Assembly (NCBI RefSeq): GCF_009914755.1
Contig: NC_060927.1
Length of the DNA: 64,000 nucleotides
Strand: one strand, 5' to 3'
Source of the DNA: the human T2T-CHM13v2.0 reference genome, Homo sapiens
Shown here: piece after piece, positions 45,380 through 61,490 of the stretch
Layout: every line of letters starts with the position of its first letter
How positions within the stretch are numbered: position 1 is the first letter of the stretch
Translations under genes and position numbers: made by a program
The notes under the pieces: generated by a model
Database searches by the model: none
The model's input: only the letters and a program-made list of their open reading frames with translations
Told to the model about the DNA's origin: nothing

Positions 45380-45670
45380 AGCTGGTTGATTGTGAATTAA
45401 TTTTAGCTAAGTTAATTATCCAACCAATCAATAAGAACAAATGACAGATATCAGAACCTTCCCTCTGTTTTAACAGGAGAAAGGAAAGCCACTGGAAATT
45501 TTTGGTGAGAAAGTCCTAAAAAAGATGCTGTTAACTTAAATGCAATTTTCCAATATTCTTGAGGGTTGAGACTGTTCATTCTTAGCTGAGTGGATACATA
45601 CAGCTTTTGCAGAAAGGCCATTTGTCACTTCCAACTAAAAATGCAGGTGCTGAATTGTTATGAAAGGTTT

Positions 45671-45672
<2 letters not shown>
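45380..45672 (+). repeat. Block A, first copy of a ~290-bp direct duplication
   Basis: agctggttgattg...tgaaaggtttaa, repeated at 46774-47061. Confidence 0.93.
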
Positions 45673-46773
<1,101 letters not shown>

Positions 46774-46775
<2 letters not shown>

Positions 46776-47061
46776 CTGGTTGATTGCGAATTAATTTTAG
46801 CTAATTATCCAACCAATCAATAAGAACAAATGACAGATATCAGAACCTTCCCTCTATTTTAACAAGAGAAAAGAACGCCAGTGGAATTTTTTGGTGAGAA
46901 GGTCCTGAAAAAGATGCTGTTAACTTAAATGCATTTTTCCAATATTCTTTAGGATTGAGACTGTTCATTCTTAGCTGAAGAGATACATACAGCCTTTGCA
47001 GAAAGGCCATTTGTCACTTGCAACTAAAAATGCAGGCTCTGAATTATTATGAAAGGTTTAA
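46774..47061 (+). repeat. Block A', second copy of the ~290-bp duplication
   Basis: Aligns by eye to 45380-45672 with scattered substitutions and a small indel. Confidence 0.93.
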
Positions 47062-47367
47062 AACACCTAAATCTGTTCCCAGAGGGTGTGCTAATCAATG
47101 TGCCTCTTATAAGCTTGAACACAATAATCCATAACAATCACTATGGATTAATAACGGGATTTCAGTGATTTCCCCCCACAAAGATCTACATGAAGTTTTG
47201 AGCACAGATTCCACACTTATTTTTAAATACCAGATGCAACTGGGAGAGAGAATCTAATCATTATTAAATAAAATATCTGAAATAAATTCAAAGGAGGTGG
47301 CAAAAATATCCTAATATTTTAAAAGTTTATCAATTCTAAATGAAACAATACAAACTACTGTACTCAC

Positions 47368-47466
47368 ATGCTGGTTCTGTATTAAAGCATCAAGATTGGG
47401 TTCACATGGAATGCTGAAAATCACACGAATCCTACCTTCTGTAATCACATCACCTGAATCCTGAAC
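47368..47466 (-). CDS. XRN1: XRN1 coding exon (99 nt; VQDSGDVITEGRIRV...LIQNQH)
   Basis: Acceptor TCTAAG|GTT, donor CAT|GTGAGT; phase 0-0. Confidence 0.94.
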
Positions 47467-47760
47467 CTTAGAAGAAAAAAAAATCACAGTATAGTCTCTT
47501 TCAGTACATTTTATTTTTTAACTTATTTGAACACTATTATTTTTGAAATACAGTATGACAAGTTGGATAGTGGAAATTCTCTTGAAATTTGTTAAGTGGG
47601 TATGAAAATACTGTAAATTTGAGTCACTGTATCGTTGCTTTAATGGTTAACTTCTTTTGAGACAGGATCTATAATACTATAAATTTGAGTCACTGTATCA
47701 TTGCTTTAATGGTTGTTAATTTGTTTTTTCTTGTTTTCTTTTTGACAGGATCTCATTCTG

Positions 47761-47802
47761 TCAGACGAGATCAGGTGCGTTCAGGGTGGTATGGCCGTAG
47801 AC
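47761..47802 (-). pseudogene. 5S rRNA fragment (5S nt 1-42)
   Basis: Reverse complement GTCTACGGCCATACCACCCTGAACGCACCTGATCTCGTCTGA vs 5S GTCTACGGCCATACCACCCTGAACGCGCCCGATCTCGTCTGA (2 CpG-type changes). Confidence 0.93.
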
Positions 47803-49152
47803 AGGATCTCGCTCTGTCATTCAGGCTAAAGTGGTGGGATCACAGCTCACTGCAACCTTGAACTCTTGGGCTCAAGTAATCTTCCTGCCTTGGTCTCCCC
47901 AAAGTGGTAAGATAATAGGTGTAAGCCACTGCACCTGGACAATCATTTTTTTTTTTGGCAACAGGGTCTTGCTCTGTCATCTAGGCTGGAGTGTAGTGGC
48001 ACTATCATGGCTTGCCGACTTGCTGCACTTGCCTTCCTGGGCTCAAACAATCTTCCCACCTCAGCCTCTCAAGCAGCTGGAGCTACAGGTATGCACCACT
48101 AAGCTCAATTATTTGCAGAGATGGGATTTTGCCATGTTGCCCAGGCTGGTCTCAAACTCCTGTGCTCAACCAATTTCCCCACGCCCGCCTTGGCCTCTCA
48201 ATGTGCTGGGATTACAGGTGTGTGCCACTGTGCTTGGCCCAATCATTCTTTTTTAAATTAACTTTTTATTTGCAAATAATTTCAAAGTACCAAAAAGTTG
48301 CAAAAAAAAAAAAAGTGGAGGTTGCAGTGAGCCCAGATCATGCCACTGCATTCTATCCTGGGTAATAGAGCGAGACTCTGTCTCCAAAAAAAAAAAGAAA
48401 GAAAGAAAAGAAAAAAAATTTATCCAGATTCACCTGTTGTTAGCATTGTAAAACAAATGCCTTTAACTTTTGTGTACTATGTGTGTATTTACTTATACAT
48501 AGTTATCTTTCTGAACCCCTTGAGTATATATTACATACATCATGTCCCTGACCTCAATATTTCAGTGTGTATTTCCTAAGATAGATATTTTACTATATAA
48601 TCACAGTACAGTTATTAAGTATATAAATTTACATTGACATAATACTTTCATCTAAGCTACCATCTATATTCCAATTTTGTCAGTTGACCAAATAATGTCC
48701 TTTATAGAACTATTTTCTTCCTTTATTACAAGATCCAGATTAGGATCAGATATTGCATTTAATTGTCATATCTCTTTAGCATCCTTTAATCTAAAATGTA
48801 TCCACTGCCTTTTTTTGTTTTTATAACACTGACCTTTTAAGTTATTGCTTTTTTTTTTTTTTTTTTTTTTTAAGATAGAGTCTCACTGTGTCATCAAGGC
48901 TGGAGTGCAGTGGTATGATCTTGGTTCACCACAACCTCTGTCTCCCAGGTTCAAGCAATTCTTATTCTCAGCCTCCCAAGTAGCTGAGATTACATGCATA
49001 TGCCACCATACCCAGCTAATTTTTATAATTTTAGCAGAGATGAGGTTTCGCTGTGTTGGCCAGCCTGGTCTCGAACTCCTGGCCTCAAGTGATTGCCTAT
49101 CTTGGCCTCCCAAAGTGCTGGGATTACAGGAGTGAGCCACCATACCCAGCCA
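47800..49152. mobile_element. Alu cluster: monomer ~47800-47937 (-), AluJ ~47945-48240 (-), 3' fragment ~48314-48418 (+), Alu ~48849-49152 (-), within L1MC-like sequence continuing to ~50340
   Basis: Alu consensus motifs; old L1 3'UTR-like sequence between them. Confidence 0.75.
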
Positions 49153-50585
49153 ACATTGACATTTTGAAGAATATATAATTTGTCCCTCCCTCTCCAACCT
49201 GCCTTTTAAAAACAAAACAAAACAAAAAAACAGTTCCTTATTTTGGGTTTGTTTGATGCTTCCACATAATTAGGTTATGGTAGTACATTCACAGCCAGAA
49301 TACTGCATAGGTGATGTGTCCTCCAAAGGGTATTACATCTGGAGGTACACAATGTTCATCTGTCCTTTAATGCGATGCTAACTTTGATTATACCATTAAT
49401 ATGTTGCTCAATTTTTTTCCTGCATAATTACAGTTTTCGTTTCCCTTGCAGCTAATAAATAATCTGTAGGAGATACATTCTAAGACCATGCAAATATCCT
49501 GCTCCTGATTTAAAAAAAAAATGCCCCCTAGATTTAGTTCCCAAAGATGATTCTTACATGATTCAATCTTTATCATAATGGTTGCACAATGGTTTTTCAA
49601 CTGCAGCACTCTCTCCAAATTTACTTCTTACATGCTACTACAGACAAGAGACCTTCCTTTCCCTATTTATCTTTTTACTGTCACTACGGAATCATGAATT
49701 CCTGTTTTCCCCCCAGTGGTTTATAATTAACTACTGAATTTAATTATTTTGTCACTCAAAGTATCCAAGATTTGGGCAGTGGTAGTACCCTCAACCTGGT
49801 TCCTGTGTTTACATGACATACTCCCACCATTCTTCTGAGCACCTCCTTACTTTCTGACATAACAAGATGTTCCAGGTTCATCTTGTATCTTCCCTGCCCC
49901 AGATCCAGAATCAGCAATTTCTCTGAGAAGCCCTGTTCCTTTTAGTGAGTTATGAAATTAGACGTCAAGATCTGGGTGGTACATGTGCTCATTGTGCTAA
50001 GGTGTCTTTGCTTCTTATTCCTTTCAGCAAATAGAGCTAGAAACATATGCATACGTGTATATATATATACACATATATATGTGCCTATATACACAGATAT
50101 ACAAACATATATACATATTTTAGAAACCAAGAGTTCACACTAATACTTCCAAATCTGTCCCTATAGGTTCTTTCTTGCTTTCTCTCCTTCCATATTTGCA
50201 TGTACCTTTTTCCATTTAAGAACCAAAGTTCCTCAAATATGAACGCATTTACAAATTCACTCAAGCCTATTACATGTCTAAAATAGTTACAAAATCGTTT
50301 CATCCATACCACTACAATAAACAAAACTGCTAAAAAAAAAGAGATCAGGATTTGAACACACCACCTCTTGATCCTAATCTGCTCAAGACTAAAAGTATAT
50401 GGTCTTTAGTCTTAGATATATAGTATTTAGATATATAAGTCAAACACTGTGTTCATAAGTTACATGGATAAATTCTTTATTTTTTCCCTTCATTATTATA
50501 TTTTAATTTAAACCTAAATGAAGAGAAGTTAAGTAACTGCTTTAAACTAGAGAAAAATGTATCAGTAACAATAATGGAAACTAAC

Positions 50586-50699
50586 TTCTCCAGTGCAGCC
50601 ATAATAGGGAGTTCCCAGCATAAAGACCATACTTCTCAGAGGAAACAAATCATCCAATGTTTTGATATTGGAGAAACGGGAGTCGAAAGCTCGGATGTC
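50586..50699 (-). CDS. XRN1: XRN1 coding exon (114 nt; DIRAFDSRF...LGTPYYGCTGE)
   Basis: Acceptor ATGTAG|GAC, donor GAA|GTTAGT; phase 0-0. Confidence 0.95.
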
Positions 50700-51273
50700 C
50701 TACATAAAATAAAAGTAAATAATCTTAGTCATAATTTCTATAGATTGCGTATCAAGTTTTTTTCCTATGGGATTATGACTATGCTGTTTGCAAATGTCAA
50801 TGTGAAGATTTTTCTACATAATGCCAAGAGCTAAAATTTGTTGACTGGTTATATGGCAGGCACCCTTCTATGTGCTTCACACATTTATTGAGTTCATTTA
50901 ATCCTCATGACAAACCTCTGTGGCAGAGACCATTATTAGCCTCACTTTACAGATGACAAAACTGGGGCACAGAAAGGGGATGAATCTTGTCCAAGGTCAT
51001 GCAGCTAAGAAGCCAACTCAGGCAGCCAGTGTTCTTAAGTCACTTAATCACTACACTGTACTATAACACCCCAAATTACAGGATCGCTACATACTTAAAA
51101 AAATTTTTGTCCTCTTATCGTATCTAAGATTATAAATGCAAAAATAAAATGCCTTTTACATTTATAAGATTTAAGGCAAACATTTTTGAAGAATAAAAAT
51201 ATAAAATTCAAGGGTGTAAGTTAATGGTGGGATTTTTTCTTTTAGAGTCTAAGTCCTTAAAAAAAACCATAAA

Positions 51274-51664
<391 letters not shown>

Positions 51665-51808
51665 TTATTTTGTAAATTATATTAAATGATAATCTCTATT
51701 ATACATTGCTGAATTAGTCTATTTATATTAACATATCTTTTCATTATACAGTGAATAGTGTATTAATAGTGTATATTAAGACAGAATTGAAACTTGATAT
51801 AGACTTAC

Positions 51809-51971
51809 CTTGACAATAGTTTGATAAACAAAAGGAACAACTTGTTTTGACCACTGTTTCTCTAGACGAACTTCACCATTTTGATTTATTTGATATTTAC
51901 GACCTGTGAGTAACTGAGCATACACAACTGCAGATGTTTCATTTATTATTATTCCTTTTCTTCTCAGGTAG
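51809..51971 (-). CDS. XRN1: XRN1 coding exon (163 nt; YLRRKGIIINETSAVV...FVYQTIVK); most 5' exon found in the window
   Basis: Acceptor TTTTAG|C, donor AAG|GTAAGT; phase 2-0; ORF 51776..52042. Confidence 0.95.
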
Positions 51972-52214
51972 CTAAAATAAAGAATAAACATGAAATATAC
52001 ATATGAATGAGTATGCAGATATTCTAGGACGATAATCGTCAACTATCGTAAACTATCAACTCATAATCAAGTGTGTAAATAAACTTTAAATAAATACGCT
52101 AGCAGTTCCAGGTACCTAACTTGAGACTTTTTGCATTATTTATTTTACTCTGTGGGTACTTCTCCAACTGTCTCTGTGATTAAATAAGAACTCATAGAGC
52201 TATACAAAACTCCT

Positions 52215-54780
52215 GTTCTCACATCCACTAGGATCGTTATAATTAAAAAACAGGGAAAAAAATAAGTTTTGGTGATGACATGGAAAAACTGGAACATCTG
52301 TACATTACTGGTGGGACTGTAAAATGGTGCAGCTGTTGTGGAAAACGGTTTGGCAGTTCCTCAAAAAGCAACATATAATTAACACATGACCCAACAATTC
52401 TAAGCATTCCAACCCCCCCGGATTGGAAACAGGTACTCAAACAAATATTGATACACAAATGATCATAGCACCACTATTCAAATAGCCAAAAGGTAGAAAC
52501 AATCCAAATGTTCATAAATGAACAAATGGATAAACAAACAGTGGCATATCCATACAATGGAATATTATTCAGCCATAAAGAGGAATAAGCACTGACACAT
52601 GCTACAATGTGTATGAACTTCGAAAGCATGCTAAATGAAAGAAGCCTGATACAAAAGGCCATATATCATATGATTCCATTTATATGAAACATCTAAAATA
52701 GGTAAATCCATGAAGACAGAAAATAGATTGGGGGTTGCCAGGAGTATGTGATGGCTTTTCCAATCTAAAGTAATTCAGACAGCCTCCTAGTTTTTTAGAT
52801 AAAAGTTTACTGGAACATAGTTATCCATTTACTTCCTGTCTATGGCTGCTTTTGCGCTACATGGTAAAGTTGAGTAGTTGTGACAGACATTGTAAAGTCT
52901 ACAAAGCCTAAAATATTTACTATTTGCCCTTTACAGAAGAAGTTTGCTGACCTTTCATCTAAATATATAATCATTCTTCATTTAAGGAATACTTTCTTAT
53001 CTCCTTTCCATTTTCTCTTTCTAGAACTCCTAATAGATAGATATTAAAATTCTGATATTATTTTCATCTCTTTGTGCTTTTGTACTGCTTACTGAAGGAA
53101 TTCCTAAGGTTGATCATTTAGCTCACTGATTCAATTTTTAGTATGCCCGTATTACTACTCAGTCCATCTACCGAGCTCACTTTACCAATCACACTTTAAA
53201 AGTTTTGTTTATACAAATATGTCATAAAAATAGTATATAATATAGACTATATAAATAGCATATAATATAGTATATAATTATATAACACGTTATATATTTT
53301 TTCACATCAGCTTATACTTTAATAATGTTGTCTATGGCAAAGTTGGTCTGAAAAAAGTCATGTCACCTTAGCCAGAAACAAAAGTTTTCCAACAAATTTT
53401 TGAAACACACCATTTTCTAAAAATTTATTAGAATTTTTTTCTACCACTTTCACTTAAAAGTCATTTAGCCAGTAATCTTGATATCAACAGCTGACCAGGA
53501 CATTTCAGGAAATCTTTATAATTATGGGCCAGTATTTCTCATGAAAGTAGATGCAAAAATCTTAAAACAAACTTAAACAGATAAAATCCAATTATGTATA
53601 AAAGGATAATATATCATAAATAAATGGGATTTATTCCAGAAATTTAGGGGTAGATTAATATTGGAAATTCAATCAATGCAATTCATCAGATTAACAGGAT
53701 AAAAATAATATAATCAGTTTGACAGCTGCGGAAAAAACATTTTACAAATCAGCACCAATTAATGATAAAAACTCTTAATCAGAATAGAAGGAAATTTCCT
53801 TAACCTGATAAAGAACAGTAATTAAAAACAAGCTACAGTGATAATTTTATTTAAAGATAAATTACTTAGTTTTCCCCTGAAATTGAGAATGACACAATAA
53901 GCCAGTAAGAAAACTATAAAGTAATGAGAAAAAGATAATCAACCCAATTTTAAAAAGGGCAACAGACTTGAACAGGCATTTCACAAAAGAGTATGCATAT
54001 TCAAATGGCCAACAAACACGAAAGGATGTTCAATTTTATTAGTCATCAGGGAAATGCAAATTAAAGCAAAATGAGATACTACTACTATACCAAAATGGCT
54101 AAAATGAAAAAGCAATAGTAAGTACTTATGAAAACAGAAATCAACATAAGTTCTTATAAACTGCTGGTAGAGCGTAAATTGATACAAAGAGTTTGCAAAC
54201 CTTTTTGGTAGTATCTGTTCAAGCTGAATGTAGGCATATGCTATGAAGCAGTAATTCTACTCTTAGATATATACCCAAAAGGAATGCATAGACATATACC
54301 CAAAAGGAATGCATATATACACGTTCACCAAGAGCCCCAAATGAGAAACAACTCAAATATCCATCCACTGTAGAATGGAAAAATTGTGCTGTATTCATAC
54401 AATGTAATAGTATCATTAGTGAAAATGAACAAACTATGATTACATGTAACAATATGGATATTAGAATCACAATACTGACCAAAAGAAATCAGGCTCAAGA
54501 AGAATACACTCTGTGTGAATGAACTTATACTGCATAAAGTTCAAAAATAGAAAACACAAATGTATGTGGTTACAAGTCAAAATGGTTATCCTCGTCACTG
54601 GGGGTGGGGAGGGAGCAGCGGATGGTAATGGATAAAAGGGTGTACAAGGGACTTCCTTGGATTATGGTAATATTCCTGTTATTGTTTCTTGACTTGTATT
54701 CTTGTTCCACATGTGAAAATTCATCAAGTAATATACTTATGATTAATACACCTATAATTCGCAAGTATTTTTTGCTCCAT
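52215..54780 (+). mobile_element. Old L1M fragments with a MER58-like piece at ~52770-52960
   Basis: L1 3'-region motifs (aaatggtgcagc, tgattccatttatatga) and RT-region remnant ~53520-53900. Confidence 0.6.
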
Positions 54781-54946
54781 ATGTATACAGCCATTCTTTG
54801 GGAGACATTTCAGGTTCAGTTCCAGACCACCACAATAAAGTGAGTCACATGAATTTTTCTGTTTCCCAGTACATACCAAAGTTATGTTTACACTGAGTCT
54901 ATTAAGTGTATAATAGCATTATGTCTTTAAAAAATGTATATATCTA

Positions 54947-55368
54947 CTATGGTTTGGATATAGTTTGTTTGACTTCACCAAGTCTCACGTTGAAATCCAA
55001 TCCCTAATGTTGGAGATGGAGCCTGGTGAGAGATGTCTGGGTCATGGGGTGGATCCTTCATAAATGGCTTGCTGCTGTCTTCCTTGCAATGAGGAGGATA
55101 CGGGGGTTTATCACTCTACTAGTTCCCATGAGAACTGACTGTTAAAAAGAACCTGGCACCTCCCTCCCTACCCCTCTCTTGCTTCTTTTCTTGCCATGTG
55201 ATCTGTACACGCCTGTTCCTCTTTGTCTTCTGCTATGAGTGGAAGCTTCCTAAGGCCCTTACCAGAAACATATGCTGATGCCATACTTCTTGTGCAGTCT
55301 GCAGAACTTTGAGCCAAACATACCTCTTTTCTTTATAAATTACCCAGCCTCAGACTGGGCTAAGACAA
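54947..55368 (+). mobile_element. MaLR solo LTR (MSTA/MSTB-like) inside Tigger1
   Basis: ctatggtttggata...gagtggaagcttcc...ctttataaattacccagcctcag...ctaagaca. Confidence 0.82.
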
Positions 55369-55386
55369 TACTTTCATTTTCAAATA

Positions 55387-55796
55387 CAGCTGACACTTGA
55401 AAAACACAGGTTTGAATGACATAGGTCCACTTACATGCAGATTTTCCTCCTCCTCTAACACCTCCAAGACAGCAGATGAACCCCTCCTCTGCCTACTCAA
55501 CATGAAGACGAAGATGAAAACTGTTATGATCAACCACTACCACTTAATTAATAGTAAATATATTTCTCTTATGATTTTATAATAACATTTTCTTCTATCT
55601 TACTTTATTGTAAGAACACACTATATAATACATATACAAAATATGCGTTATCAACTACTTATGTTATCGGCAAGTCTTCTGATGAACAGTAGGCTTTTAG
55701 CAGTTAAGTTTTGGGGAGTCAAAAGTTGTATGTGCATTTTTTTTACTGTATTGGGGGTCAGCACCCCTACCTCCCACACTGTTCAAAGATCAACTG
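55387..55796. mobile_element. Tigger2a-like MITE inside Tigger1
   Basis: TA-flanked TIRs cagctgacacttgaa...ttcaaagatcaactg. Confidence 0.8.
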
Positions 55797-56211
55797 TACT
55801 TTATTGCTCAAAAATGCTAACAGTAGGCTATTAGTAGTTAACTTTTTGTTAGTGGAGGGTCTCACCTTGATATTGATGGCTGTTGATTAGTCAGGGCAGT
55901 GGCCGATGAAGGTTGGGATGGCTGACGCAATTTTTGAAAATAAGACAATAATAAAGTTTGCTGTATCAGCTGACTCTTCATGAAAGATTTCTCTGCAGAA
56001 TGCAATGCTATTTTATAGCATTTTACCCACAAGAGAAGTTCTTTCCAACTTGGAGTCAATGTTCTCAAAGTCTGCCACTGCTTTTCAACTAAATTTATGT
56101 AATATCCTAAATCCTTTGCTGTCATTTCAACAATGTTCACAGCATCTTCACTATGAGTAGATTCCATCTCAAGAAACCACTTTCATTGTTCATCTATAAG
56201 AAGCTACTCTT

Positions 56212-57133
<922 letters not shown>

Positions 57134-58731
57134 TGAAAGTTCAAAGTACTCCTTAGTCCATGGGTTGCAGAATGGATGTTGTGTTTGCATGCGTGAATGG
57201 ATGTTGTGTTTGCATGTGTGAAAACATTATCTCCTTGCATATCTCCATCAGAGCTCTCAGTTGATCAGGTGCACTGTCAATGAACAGTAATATTTGGAAA
57301 GGATCTTTTACTATGACCAGTAGGTCTCAAGAGTGGACTTAACATATTCAGTAAACCACACTGTTAACAGATGTGCTGTCATTCAGACTTCGCTGTTCCA
57401 TTTATAGAGCACAGGCATAGATTTAGCACAATTCTTAAAGGCCCCAGGATTTTCAGAATGGTCAATGAGCACCGGGTTCAACTTAAAGTAACCAGTTGCA
57501 CTTTTCCCTAACAAGAGAGTTAACCTGATTTTTGAGGCTTTGAAGCCAGGCATTGGCTTCTCCTCTGCACCTATGGAAGTCCAGGATGGCATCTTATTCC
57601 AATAGAAGGCTGTTTTGTCTAGGGTTGTTGTTTAGTGTAGCCATCTTCATCAACAATCTTAGCTAGATCTGGATGACTCACTACAGCTTCTACATTAGCA
57701 TTTGTTGCTTCAGCTCACACTTTATATTATGAAGATGGCTTCTTTCCTTAAACTTCATGAACCAACCTCTGCTTACTTCAAACTTTTCTTCTGCAGCTTC
57801 CTCACCTCTCTCAGCCTTTATAGAATTGAAGAAAGGTAGGGCCTTACTGTGGATTAACCTTTGGCTTAAGGGAATGCTGTGACTAGTGTCATCTTCTATC
57901 CAGACCACTAAAACTTTCTCCATATTAGCAATAAGGTTGTTTAATTTGCTTATCATTGGTGTATTCACTGGAGTAGCACTTTTGATTTCCTTCAAGAATT
58001 TTTCTTTTGTATTCACAACTATTTGGTGCAAGAAGCCTAGCTTTTGGCCTGTATCAGCTTTTGACATGCCTTCTTCACTAAGCTTAATCATTTCCAGCTT
58101 TTGATTTAAACCTAGAAACATGTGATTCTTCCTTTCACTTGACTACTTAAGAGGACATTGTAGGGCTACTAACTGGCCTAATTTCAATATTGCTATGTCT
58201 CATGGAATAGGGAAAGAGAAAGAGACTAGGGGACCGTTGGTTGGTAGAGCAGTCAGCACACACACAACATTTATTGATTAATTCACCATCTCAAATGGGC
58301 ATGGTTGATGGTGACCAAAAACAATTACAATAGTAACATTAAAAATCACTGATCATAGATGACCATGACAGATATAAAAATAACAATAATAAAGTTTGAA
58401 ATATTGTGAGAATTACCAAAATGTGACACACAGGCATGAAGTGAGCACATACTGTTGGAAAAAATGGCACTGATAGAGTTGCAACATGGTTGTCGCAAGC
58501 CTCTAATTTGTAAAAAAAAATGCAACTATCTCTGAAGCACAATAAAGAGAAGCACAATAAAACAAGGTATGGCTGTATTTCGATGCTTCTATTAAAATAA
58601 AATCCCCCAAATAGTTAGCTCAAAACTTTTAAATTCCCAAGTGGTTGGAAGATTTTCGTCCATTTACTTTTTCTTTTACTATATACTTTTACTGCTTTGG
58701 GGTCAGTGTTGTTGTCTGTTTTAAAATTTCT

Positions 58732-59057
58732 TAGCCAGACTTGGTGGCTCACCCTTGTAATTCCAAGTACTCCAGAGGCTAAGGCAGGAGTATCACTTGA
58801 GGCTAGGTGTTTGAGACTAGCCTGAGCAACACAGTGATACCCCATCTCTACAAAAAATTAAAATAGTAGCCTGGCATGGTGGTATGCACCTATAGTCCCA
58901 GCTATTGCAGAGGCGGAGGCAGGAGGATTGCTCGAACTCAGGAGCTCCAGGTTGTGGTGAGGTATAATATGAATGTGCCACTGCACTCCACCCTGAGTGA
59001 CATAGTAAGACCCCGTCTCACTAAAAAAAAAAAAAATATATATATATATATATATAT
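58732..59057 (+). mobile_element. AluJ with (A)n(TA)n tail
   Basis: Diverged Alu dimer. Confidence 0.8.
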
Positions 59058-59608
59058 GAATGAAATAAAATTTATTGTATTTTCTTACTATCCTGCATGA
59101 AAGGGTTTTTAATATATGGTGCATAATCTGATCTATAACTTTTACAGCAATGCATTATATTATTTTGATTCTATTTTTGCATATTTGTTTTTTGATTACT
59201 AGATCTGTCAGGAGCTGTTCTCCAAATTATCCTCTATGTGCATCACTTTCTCCATGATGTCCTATAAAGTACTTCCTTGCCCCCTTTTCCAGGTCTTCTT
59301 CCATTCCTAAACCTTTTCACTCCATTTTATCCTCAACTTCTACCTCCTTATCTGAAGGTTCCACCACTTCCCTATCAAATAGTAGTTGTTTGTTTTCATA
59401 CCATGCACCCTCAGGGGTAGGAGAGTGTTTTGGTATTCTCCTTACAGCCCACTGAGACCTCAAAATCTCTAGTAGAAAACTACCCTCCACTTCCCATTCT
59501 ATTCTTATGTCAATGTCTACATGTATGATCTACCCACCACTGTAACTCATTTTCATAATCTCTTTATCTCCAATAACCTCCTTCATTTCACCTAAGCCAG
59601 CAATTTCT

Positions 59609-60966
<1,358 letters not shown>

Positions 60967-61114
60967 TTATCCATAACTACCGAACCTCTGAAATCACTAA
61001 CACAAACATCTCACTGTCTGATAACTTCCTCTTCATCCAACTTGCATGTTCAACTACTTTGTTCAATTTTATCTAGGATTTCCAAACCACTAAACTTTCT
61101 ATCTTCTCCCAGAC

Positions 61115-61490
<376 letters not shown>

